The notes beneath the pieces are model-generated. The model saw nothing but the letters and a program-made list of their open reading frames with translations. It was not told the origin of the DNA and made no database searches. A DNA stretch of 25,518 nucleotides from a virus (taxonomy: Duplodnaviria; Caudoviricetes), in IMG/VR virus record IMGVR_UViG_3300031804_000014, positions 1 to 25,518 of that record, one strand, 5' to 3'. Position 1 is the stretch's first letter, and the number at the start of each line of letters is the position of its first letter. The position numbers and the translations under genes were made by a program. Shown one piece after another: positions 17,902 to 25,380 of the stretch.

Positions 17902-18728
17902 ACGTTTTCCATTGTATCAAAAATTATATCGGGCGAAATATCATTACACATATCATTACTACATGATAAATTTATTTGAAAATCGTACCCTATCCTTTTG
18001 TGATTTTGTTGAGTTTCATTCCACAATACAATAACTTTGTTGTTGTTAGTAGTAGCCGCTAAATGCATCAATGCGGAATCTATACATATTATAAATTTAG
18101 CCCCAGCTATCAAAGGTATTATATCTAACACCCCTTCTTCATCTTTTGATGTATATGTTATTGCTGCAGAAGGTTTATATTGATCATCACGCCGTAAACA
18201 TATAACATCCAATTTCAAATTATTTTTAATTTTATGAACTAATTTTTCAGCCAAATCTGGTCGATAATCTCGTTTACCTATATTGTTTTTGTTATCACCA
18301 AAATTTGCATCATAATAATTGGGGGCTCCTGAAAACTGTACAATACAATAATCATTTAATAACTCACTACTTAGATATTTATGCGCCTGGCCGATATCCA
18401 AATTATGATTCAAGTAAGGTTTATTTATAACATTTTCGATTCCATAAGCTTGAGCCCAACTTTCTAATACATGTTTATCTTTATATTTCAAGAAGTCAGA
18501 AAAATATGGTTCATGATAAATTATATCATCATATATTGTTAATTGTTCATTAAATGGAAAATCTCTTAAAGGTTCTATGTGATCTATATTTTTATTATTA
18601 TAAAATACAAAAGGCCAGGGAGTCATCACAGAAATATTTCCCCCACATTTGACATTTAATTGTTCTATAAGTGATGTCCATATTATATTTTTCCCTAGTC
18701 CACCAACAACAACAAATAAATTTTTCAT
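17898..18728 (-). CDS. GT9-like (heptosyltransferase-like, GT-B fold) glycosyltransferase
   Basis: N-terminal GGLGK loop and AKFIICIDSALMHLAA...VIVLW. Paralog of 18725-19567. ATGA overlaps on both sides. Confidence 0.8.
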   Translation of the reverse strand: MKNLFVVVGGLGKNIIWTSLIEQLNVKCGGNISVMTPWPFVFYNNKNIDHIEPLRDFPFNEQLTIYDDIIYHEPYFSDFLKYKDKHVLESWAQAYGIENVINKPYLNHNLDIGQAHKYLSSELLNDYCIVQFSGAPNYYDANFGDNKNNIGKRDYRPDLAEKLVHKIKNNLKLDVICLRRDDQYKPSAAITYTSKDEEGVLDIIPLIAGAKFIICIDSALMHLAATTNNNKVIVLWNETQQNHKRIGYDFQINLSCSNDMCNDISPDIIFDTMENV

Positions 18729-19567
18729 TTCATAATTTCTAATATCTTATCAAACACCTCATTGGCCGGAGTATCAATACACAGCTCAGTATCACAGAGA
18801 ATATTTTTTTGAAATCTATAACCAATTCTATTAGGTGTGGTTTGATTTGTATTCCAAAGAACAACTGTGGGTTTATCTTTTACACAGGCGGCAAAGTGCA
18901 TTAGAGCGGAATCTATACATATCACAAATTTTGCTTTTACTACTAAGGGTAAGATTGCTAATACCCCTGATTCAATTTTAGATCTAAATGTTATAGTACC
19001 TGATGGTCTAGGTTCATGTTCATATCTAAAACAAACACAATCTAAATTAAATTCATTTTTTATTTTATTATTTAATCTTTCTACTAAATCTGGTCTATAA
19101 TCTCTTGGACAAAGCTGGTTTTCACCTTGTCTCCCCATTCCACCAGTAAATTGTATTATATAATAAGAATTTTTTAATTTTTCACTTAATTCAAAACTTT
19201 CGTTTCCTGTTATCCGTAATCCGGAAAATACACCGACTGGTGGATCTAATCTTGGGCGTGGTGGTACTCTTTCTATACCATAAGCATCTGCCCAATTATC
19301 AAGCATGTGTTGATCTCTTTCTTTTAAATAATCTGATAGATAAGGTTCATGATATATGATTTTATCATATATTTCTAATTGGGGGAAATATCTAAAATCT
19401 AAAAGAGGTTCATGATTCTCTATTAGATTGTGTTTTTCAAAAAGGAAAGGCCATGGCGACATTACAGAGATTTTGTCAATTCCATCTTTCTTACAAAGAC
19501 TAGGAATTAAAGAAGTCCAAAGTAAGGCCTTCCCCAATCCTCCCATTACGACATATAAGTTTTTCAT
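18725..19567 (-). CDS. GT9-like glycosyltransferase (paralog)
   Basis: GGLGK loop, IIYHEPY, RDYRPDL, FVICIDSALMHFAA...PTVVLW. Confidence 0.8.
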   Translation of the reverse strand: MKNLYVVMGGLGKALLWTSLIPSLCKKDGIDKISVMSPWPFLFEKHNLIENHEPLLDFRYFPQLEIYDKIIYHEPYLSDYLKERDQHMLDNWADAYGIERVPPRPRLDPPVGVFSGLRITGNESFELSEKLKNSYYIIQFTGGMGRQGENQLCPRDYRPDLVERLNNKIKNEFNLDCVCFRYEHEPRPSGTITFRSKIESGVLAILPLVVKAKFVICIDSALMHFAACVKDKPTVVLWNTNQTTPNRIGYRFQKNILCDTELCIDTPANEVFDKILEIMK

Positions 19568-20535
19568 AATATTGAATTTATTTCGTATACTACTTCATCT
19601 ACAAGAGGCCAAACATCTTTTCTGGCATTTTCTGGCATGAGACAACATCTTTGATTTAGATCATCTGGAACATAGAAACTTCCTTTATCAATACAAGGCG
19701 GTTGACCACAATGCCGTATTGCTTCTAAATTTATATTGTGTTCATGTCCATGTGTTTTAGGATTAGAACTACCCCACAACACAATACCTGTTTTATTTGA
19801 ATGTAATGATACGTGAGCAACAATTGAATCGATAGCAACAAATGTGTCTGTACATTCAAGCAAATATGCAACTTGTCTAATATTAATCATGTCTCTTAAG
19901 TCAAAACAATTTTTAGCTTGAACATGAAAATCTGGAACTATTCTTGAAGGTTTGTCTTGAGGTGGTTCTTCTTTTGTTCCGACCTGAATAAAATTTGCAT
20001 TAGGTAATTTTGTTGTTAACTCATTCCACCACTCATAATTAGGAGTTTTCCCATAAGGAAACTTATAAGAATGTCCTGTATGTAAAACTATATTGGGGCC
20101 TTTGGCTGGTTGGAAACTTCCAGAAGAGAAGTAGATATCATTATTTAAAAATTCATCTACTTGATGTTTTTCTTCATCAGTTATATTTAAATGGAAGATA
20201 TCAGGAAAGTTATCTTTATCTAATGTAAGATCTAAATTATCAGAAACAATTTCCCAGAAATGTTTTTTGGGGGGATAGAATAAAGTAATGCCGTGTTTTT
20301 GAACATCCCAGTTATAAACTCTATCAAAACGATTTATGGGATATTCAGATTCAAAGATGTTTATATAATTATCAAACCACTTTTTATTATATGCAATACT
20401 CTTTATTGAATTGGTTGATAATAACGTGATATTATCATCTTTATATTTACTTCTTAATGCATCAAATAAGGGGAACAATAGATAGAAATCACCTATACCA
20501 CACGAATCGTGGTAATAATATAAAATATTTTTCAT
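19564..20535 (-). CDS. GT9-family glycosyltransferase
   Basis: GIGD...PLFDALRSKYKDDNITLL, FIQVG, DLRDMINIRQVAYLLECTDTFVAIDSIVAHVS...GIVLWGSSNP, followed by CGQPPC...CC. Confidence 0.88.
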   Translation of the reverse strand: MKNILYYYHDSCGIGDFYLLFPLFDALRSKYKDDNITLLSTNSIKSIAYNKKWFDNYINIFESEYPINRFDRVYNWDVQKHGITLFYPPKKHFWEIVSDNLDLTLDKDNFPDIFHLNITDEEKHQVDEFLNNDIYFSSGSFQPAKGPNIVLHTGHSYKFPYGKTPNYEWWNELTTKLPNANFIQVGTKEEPPQDKPSRIVPDFHVQAKNCFDLRDMINIRQVAYLLECTDTFVAIDSIVAHVSLHSNKTGIVLWGSSNPKTHGHEHNINLEAIRHCGQPPCIDKGSFYVPDDLNQRCCLMPENARKDVWPLVDEVVYEINSIL

Positions 20536-20549
20536 AATTTAAATAAAGA

Positions 20550-21005
20550 TTATTCAGATTCTCTCATAAATTCATTGGAAATATTATGTGCTGTTCCATC
20601 AGGAGCAGTGTTCGGTTGCGTTTTCTTTTCTCTAAATCCTGTTGGATCTGCAGGAAGAGTAGGATCAAAAATATCAAAATCCGAAATTCTACATGTTAAA
20701 GGGGGAACTTCACCTATTTGTCTCATTATGCAGACCCATCCTGTAGGCATAGGGGGCCTAGTTACTCCTACTATATCTTCACCAGTACCGGTAAAATTGA
20801 TATACTTTTTCGACCCATTAGCAATAGCTAACCACGCTTTTCGATATGTAGTCCACGCAGTACGTTCTTCCTCTGTACATCCCCAGGGATTATCATCTGC
20901 AATGAAAGCTCTACTATTTTTCATTTCATTCCTTGCTATATGTAATAGCATATGTAAAACATACCCTTTATCTATTTTCCATTCAACTAAAGCTGGTTCG
21001 GCCAT
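20550..21005 (-). CDS. Tail-fibre assembly chaperone-like protein
   Basis: RNEMKNSRAFIADDNPWGCTEEERTAWTTYRKAWLAI...RPPMP resembles the R..L..SD....D.P......W..YRQALRD...WP.P chaperone motif. Confidence 0.55.
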   Translation of the reverse strand: MAEPALVEWKIDKGYVLHMLLHIARNEMKNSRAFIADDNPWGCTEEERTAWTTYRKAWLAIANGSKKYINFTGTGEDIVGVTRPPMPTGWVCIMRQIGEVPPLTCRISDFDIFDPTLPADPTGFREKKTQPNTAPDGTAHNISNEFMRESE

Positions 21006-21034
21006 TTTAAATTCTCCTCTTATATGTTATAATC

Positions 21035-21433
21035 TTAGCCAGATACGCCGGATTGATCTTGAGTTACTGAAGCTTGATCTTCTGATTCCGGAAGATAGCC
21101 GTCTACATTTTTTCTAGTTAATACGGGCGGGAGATCATCATCTGATCGTACAATAAAATCCCATCCATCTGGAAGTTCCGGTATGTCTATACCACCTAAC
21201 ATCATGTCATTTTGCATAACGATGTGTACATCTGCTAAATCAGATTTAGCAATTGCAGTCCAAGATTTTCGATAAGCCTTCCAAGCGGTTAATTCTGCTG
21301 CAGTACATTCCCAGGGATTATCTGAATCCACTATGGATTGTGTCATTTCTAACTCAGCTTGGGCGCGAAGCATAATTTTATATCTGATATCAGACATGAA
21401 ATTTTTGCCATCTGATTGTGTGTCCTCTGCCAT
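21035..21433 (-). CDS. Tail-fibre assembly chaperone-like protein (paralog)
   Basis: AELEMTQSIVDSDNPWECTAAELTAWKAYRKSWTAIAK...PELPDGW; shares DNPWxCT and WxxYRKxWxAIA with 20550-21005. Confidence 0.55.
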   Translation of the reverse strand: MAEDTQSDGKNFMSDIRYKIMLRAQAELEMTQSIVDSDNPWECTAAELTAWKAYRKSWTAIAKSDLADVHIVMQNDMMLGGIDIPELPDGWDFIVRSDDDLPPVLTRKNVDGYLPESEDQASVTQDQSGVSG

Positions 21434-21456
21434 TTTATTTTCCCTTAATTTTATTA

Positions 21457-22020
21457 TTAACTGTTAGATTCTTCTTCATAATATAACCATGAAGTAACCG
21501 TAAATCCAGTAGGTATTACTTGAGTCCAAGAAGTGGACCCATGTACTCCTATAGCTGTACAAGTAGCCGAATAACCTCTTGCAGATCCATAACCGTATCC
21601 ATAACCGAAACCATATCCGTAACCAAAACCGTATCCATAACCACCTATACCACAATATCTTGCACAGTAATGGGCACAGTATCTTGCACAGTAATGAGCA
21701 CAATATCTTGCACATATATGGGGAATCCACCCGCAATTCCAAAGGCTTCCTCCTGTAGTTCCACTATCTGCTGCACCATCAGTACCACTATCTGCACCAC
21801 CGTCTGTTGCAAATCGGCCATGAGTAGCGGCTGATCCAATCGCGGTTGCGGTTGTTCCTCCGGTTGCTGTTGCTCTAGCTTCTAATAATTTACAAACACC
21901 ATGTGCCAACCAAGTTTTTCCATTCGGGACCGTAGTAGTAGATGCAATTGTAGGTAATGTTGCACTATTTATAGAGGCCTTAAATACTACACCTTCGCGG
22001 TGGTCTACTGTTCCTGTCAT
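21457..22020 (-). CDS. Putative fibre-tip/virion protein with (CxxY)n and (GY)n arrays, copy A
   Basis: TVPNGKTW scaffold, then GGADSGTDGAADSG, CGWIPHICARYCAHYCARYCAHYCARYC, GIGGYGYGFGYGYGFGYGYGYG and a WLYYEEE C-terminus. GAGGA RBS. Confidence 0.75.
   Translation of the reverse strand: MTGTVDHREGVVFKASINSATLPTIASTTTVPNGKTWLAHGVCKLLEARATATGGTTATAIGSAATHGRFATDGGADSGTDGAADSGTTGGSLWNCGWIPHICARYCAHYCARYCAHYCARYCGIGGYGYGFGYGYGFGYGYGYGSARGYSATCTAIGVHGSTSWTQVIPTGFTVTSWLYYEEESNS
21586..21735 (-). repeat. Coding tandem repeats: 12/24-nt CARY/CAHY units and 6-nt GY/GF units (copy A)
   Basis: gcaca(g/a)ta(tctt/atgg/atga) periodicity over 21652-21735 and ccataaccgtat-like periodicity over 21586-21642. 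Confidence 0.9.
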
Positions 22021-22039
22021 TTTTTCCTCATTTTAACTG

Positions 22040-22639
22040 TTAGCATGTTTCTTCTTCATAGTACAACCAAGAAACGACAGTAAATCCAGCAGGTACTATC
22101 TCTGTCCAAGACGCGGAGCCGTGTACTCCTATAGCCGTACAAGTAGCAGAAAATCCCCTTGCTGATCCATAACCGTATCCATATCCAAATCCGTATCCAT
22201 ATCCAAACCCGTATCCATATCCACCTATACCACAGTATCTAGCACAATAGTGTGCACAATATCTTGCACAATAATGTGAACAATATCTAGCACATATATA
22301 AGGTATCCATCCACATTGCCAAAAACTTCCTCCAGTACCACCACTATCTGCTGCACCATCAGTACCACTATCTGCACCACCTTCTGCTGCAAACCTGGAT
22401 ATTGCAGTAGCAGAACCAATTGAGGTTCCTGCAACTGATGCTGAGCCTGTAGTTTCTAGAGCTTCTACCAATTTACAAACGCCTTGTGCTATCCAAGTTC
22501 TTCCAACAGGTACACTTGATGTACTTATTGAAGGTAATGAGGCGTTATTTATAGCAGCTTTAAATATTACCGCAGATGTAGAGGCATCGACTTGTCCTGA
22601 TCCACTTTCTGTTCCTATTATACCGCTAGTTCTTCCCAT
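22040..22639 (-). CDS. Putative fibre-tip/virion protein with (CxxY)n and (GY)n arrays, copy B
   Basis: SVPVGRTW scaffold, then GGADSGTDGAADSG, CGWIPYICARYCSHYCARYCAHYCARYC, an identical GY array and WLYYEEE. Confidence 0.75.
   Translation of the reverse strand: MGRTSGIIGTESGSGQVDASTSAVIFKAAINNASLPSISTSSVPVGRTWIAQGVCKLVEALETTGSASVAGTSIGSATAISRFAAEGGADSGTDGAADSGGTGGSFWQCGWIPYICARYCSHYCARYCAHYCARYCGIGGYGYGFGYGYGFGYGYGYGSARGFSATCTAIGVHGSASWTEIVPAGFTVVSWLYYEEETC
22166..22315 (-). repeat. Coding tandem repeats, copy B (580 nt from copy A)
   Basis: Cys array at 22232-22315 and GY array at 22166-22222; near-identical protein repeat with different synonymous codons. Confidence 0.9.
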
Positions 22640-22642
22640 TTA

Positions 22643-22993
22643 TTAACTCCAGTCCTGATCAATGTAACTTACGAGAATATCGACATCCCCCGCAGAAGCT
22701 AATTTAAAATTAAGTTCATCCAGACCACTCAACACCAGGCGGTCATTAAAAATAAAAGTTTTGTGTGATCCTATTGCTTGATCTGATAGAATTTCATAAT
22801 CTGTTCCGCCCCCATCAGAGTCTACAAACAAATCGAAAGTTTCTGCTGCGCCAGCAGTTTCACAAACAGTAATACTTATAATCGTATAAATATGATTTGC
22901 GGCCCCATTGAGTATTACTGTATCTCCTGTACCCGTTACTGTATATGGGTCCATTTTAAGGACTTCTGTTCCAGATCCTGATGGAATTGCCAT
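22643..22993 (-). CDS. Small virion structural protein (all-beta, fibre-associated type)
   Basis: MAIPSGSGTEVLK...HIYTIISITVCE...TFIFNDRLVLSGLDEL...DVDILVSYIDQDW. AGGAGA RBS; first gene after the late promoters. Confidence 0.65.
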   Translation of the reverse strand: MAIPSGSGTEVLKMDPYTVTGTGDTVILNGAANHIYTIISITVCETAGAAETFDLFVDSDGGGTDYEILSDQAIGSHKTFIFNDRLVLSGLDELNFKLASAGDVDILVSYIDQDWS

Positions 22994-23024
22994 TTATATT
23001 CTCCTCTATCTTGTTATTCAATAC

Positions 23025-23057
23025 TATTTATGCTTTTATTATTTTTAACTATTTATA
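23025..23057 (-). promoter_or_regulatory. T4-type late promoter(s) heading the tip-protein/tailoring-enzyme operon
   Basis: TATAAATA on minus at 23050-23057 and a CATAAATA variant at 23025-23032. Confidence 0.78.
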
Positions 23058-23061
23058 CAGC

Positions 23062-25368
23062 TTACATTCCAAACGCGATTGCTGCATGTGTAGCGTTATG
23101 ATATGCGTGACCCTTCTTACTAGTTATTTTTCCTGTTACTACTAATTCATCAGCTGATTCATCCCATAAAAGACTTTTTCCAGCTGTAGCACCAAAAAAT
23201 TGAACATCATATCCTGTGTCATCCACACCAAGTGTTAATACACCAGCTTGATCTATTGACATACGTTTTGTGCCAGCAGTATAGAAATCTAAATCATCAT
23301 TATCTGCTCCTGCTGATGTTTCCGCAAGAATTTTTGTATCTTGGTCAACATCAATAAGTCCTCCAAGACCTGCCCATGTTGATCCACTATATCCTTCAAA
23401 ACCACTTGTTGTAGTATTAAATCTTATTCCACCTTGTACTGAGGGGCCTCTATTGGAAGATGTTCCAACTGGAACAACTATTGTTGATGTTCCGCTAAAT
23501 TTCGCTACACAATTCGTAGAATCTTGTGTTACTACAAGTGGAACGGCGGCGGTTGCTGATGCGTGATTATTATGGATTGTTACTAAACTTCTTGTTCCAG
23601 TATCAGCAGAATTTGAATCGATAGCCAAAGCTGAACCAGTAGTTAATCCGTCCATTGACATATTAATACCAATACCAGTAGTAGCGGCATCTGCGGTGAT
23701 ATCAATAACTTTTCCTGTTAATACACCAACAGAGGATATTTCTAATGTTGTTCCACTAGTACTAACGGCTGCAATTTTTGCTGTATTTGTAGTATTTTGT
23801 TCTGCATCAATTTCAAGTGAGTATCCACCGGCCGCAAGATTCGTATCAATGAATAATCCTCTACCGGCATCGGCCATAAGGTGCATTGTGGTCGCGCCTA
23901 CTGCTGATGCATGATTTTGACCTATCCATGCAACACTTCTCGTTGATGTAGAAGATGAATCCGAATCAATATAAAGAGCAGAACCAGTAGTTAATCCGTC
24001 CATTGACATATTGATACCTTTACCAGTAGTGGCAGCATCCGCCGTAATATCAATGACCTTTCCTGTTAAAACACCAACAGAAGATACTTCTAATGTTGTT
24101 CCGCTAGTACTGACAGCTGCTATTTTCGCTGTATTTGAAGTAGTTTGTTCTGCATCAATTTCTAAAGAATAACCACCAGCTGCAAGATTCGTATCAATGA
24201 ATAATCCTCTTCCTGCGTCTGCTACCAATGCGAGAGTTGTTGAGCCTACTGCTGATGCATGATTCTGTGTTATACTTGCAATATTTCTTGTGCCTGTGCT
24301 TGAAGAATCACTATCAACAACTATAGCTGAACCAGTAGTTAATCCATCCATTGACATATTAATACCAGTACCAGTAGTAGCGGCATCTGCAGTAATATCA
24401 ATGACCTTTCCAGTAAGTACTCCAGAAGTTGTAACATCAATTGCTTTACCAGAAGTCAATCCGTCCATTGACATGAAAAAACCAGTTCCAGTAGTTGCAG
24501 AGTCGGCGGTAAGATCAATAACTTTTCCTGTTAAAGTACCAACATGGGATATCTCCAACATTGTTCCAGAAGTTCCGACAGAAGCTATCTTAGCAGTATT
24601 AGTTGTAGTTTGTTCTGAATCAATTTCAAGTGCATATCCACCAGCGGCGAGATCAGCATCAACAAATAAACCTCTTCCTGCATCTGCTCGTACTGTAAGT
24701 GCTGTTGATCCTGTTGCTGATGCATGATTTTGAATAATTTCTGCAATACTTCTAGTATCAGTAGCAGCAGAGTCTGAATCAATATAGAGTGCTGAACCAG
24801 TAGTGAGTGCATCAGAAGTAATATCAATAACTTTACCGGTGGTTACTGAATCGGCTGCAATATCAAGAACATCTGCGGTAGTTTGACTAGCAGTAATACT
24901 TACTGCAAGTTGATCTACATCTTGTGAAGTAACTGAAATCGCGGGTTTTCCTGAATCGGTCTTTTGTGTTATACCTGCATGACCTACCCAAGCATTTGCC
25001 CATTGCATTGTAGTATTACCAATATTAAAAGTAAGATTGGCATTTGGAATTAAACTGGAATTAATATCTGCGGTGAATGTTACTTGGTCTGTGGTTGCAT
25101 CACCAAAAATAAGATTACCACTTATTGTAGTATCTCCATCTGTTATAAGATTCCCGTGTATTCTTAAATTTTCTCCTATCACTGCCGATTTGGTGATACC
25201 CAAGCCTCCTGCGGTGATAATCGAGCCAGTAGTATTACTTGTTGAATTTGTAGTATCTAGCACTTTGATGAAATTACTCATTCCATCAGCTTGTGTCATG
25301 ACCACAACTTCATTTGTCTTGACTCTCCATTGGTCAAAGGTATCTGTTAATGCGACATTGGCACTCAT
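23062..25368 (-). CDS. Long repetitive tail/neck fibre protein
   Basis: N-terminal TDTFDQWRVKTNE attachment-type motif, Thr/Gly/Ala-rich ~13-aa beta repeats, and VPVGTSSNRG...GIRFNTTTSGFEGYSGSTW plus DVDQDTKILAETSAGADNDDLDFYTAGTKRM fibre motifs. Confidence 0.85.
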   Translation of the reverse strand: MSANVALTDTFDQWRVKTNEVVVMTQADGMSNFIKVLDTTNSTSNTTGSIITAGGLGITKSAVIGENLRIHGNLITDGDTTISGNLIFGDATTDQVTFTADINSSLIPNANLTFNIGNTTMQWANAWVGHAGITQKTDSGKPAISVTSQDVDQLAVSITASQTTADVLDIAADSVTTGKVIDITSDALTTGSALYIDSDSAATDTRSIAEIIQNHASATGSTALTVRADAGRGLFVDADLAAGGYALEIDSEQTTTNTAKIASVGTSGTMLEISHVGTLTGKVIDLTADSATTGTGFFMSMDGLTSGKAIDVTTSGVLTGKVIDITADAATTGTGINMSMDGLTTGSAIVVDSDSSSTGTRNIASITQNHASAVGSTTLALVADAGRGLFIDTNLAAGGYSLEIDAEQTTSNTAKIAAVSTSGTTLEVSSVGVLTGKVIDITADAATTGKGINMSMDGLTTGSALYIDSDSSSTSTRSVAWIGQNHASAVGATTMHLMADAGRGLFIDTNLAAGGYSLEIDAEQNTTNTAKIAAVSTSGTTLEISSVGVLTGKVIDITADAATTGIGINMSMDGLTTGSALAIDSNSADTGTRSLVTIHNNHASATAAVPLVVTQDSTNCVAKFSGTSTIVVPVGTSSNRGPSVQGGIRFNTTTSGFEGYSGSTWAGLGGLIDVDQDTKILAETSAGADNDDLDFYTAGTKRMSIDQAGVLTLGVDDTGYDVQFFGATAGKSLLWDESADELVVTGKITSKKGHAYHNATHAAIAFGM
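23560..24850 (-). repeat. 116-aa (348-nt) internal super-repeats of the fibre, about 3.5 copies
   Basis: ADAGRGLF...LAAGGYxLEIDxEQ recurs at about 23851, 24199 and 24664 (spacings 348 and 465 nt). Confidence 0.9.
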
Positions 25369-25380
25369 GGTTTATGACTC

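Noticed and set aside
12382-20535. Enzyme block as a DNA hypermodification or queuosine-type pathway
   Set aside because: No nucleotide kinase, thymidylate synthase-like, TET/JBP-like or 7-deazaguanine genes are recognisable, and the block follows a late promoter among structural genes. Disfavoured, not formally excluded.
21476-21742. Alternative-frame ORF with an antimicrobial-peptide-like Trp/Arg/Cys sequence (CKILCSLLCKIL...WYRWLWIRFWLRIW)
   Set aside because: It is a by-product of the CARY/GY codons. The equivalent frame in paralog B hits TAG (tgt gct aga) at the first repeat, so it is not conserved.
21586-22315. Short periodic DNA repeats as a possible CRISPR or mini-array
   Set aside because: The units are 6, 12 or 24 nt, in frame, vary at third codon positions and have no unique spacers; they are coding repeats.
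21457-22639. Paralog pair as the template and variable repeats of a diversity-generating retroelement
   Set aside because: No reverse transcriptase in the window. Differences are mostly synonymous and not adenine-specific, and both copies are full genes.
21457-22639. Repeat proteins as classical secreted RiPP/bacteriocin precursors
   Set aside because: No leader peptidase, transporter or radical SAM enzyme is present, and the Cys core is internal to a folded-looking scaffold followed by chaperone-like genes. Kept only as an analogy.
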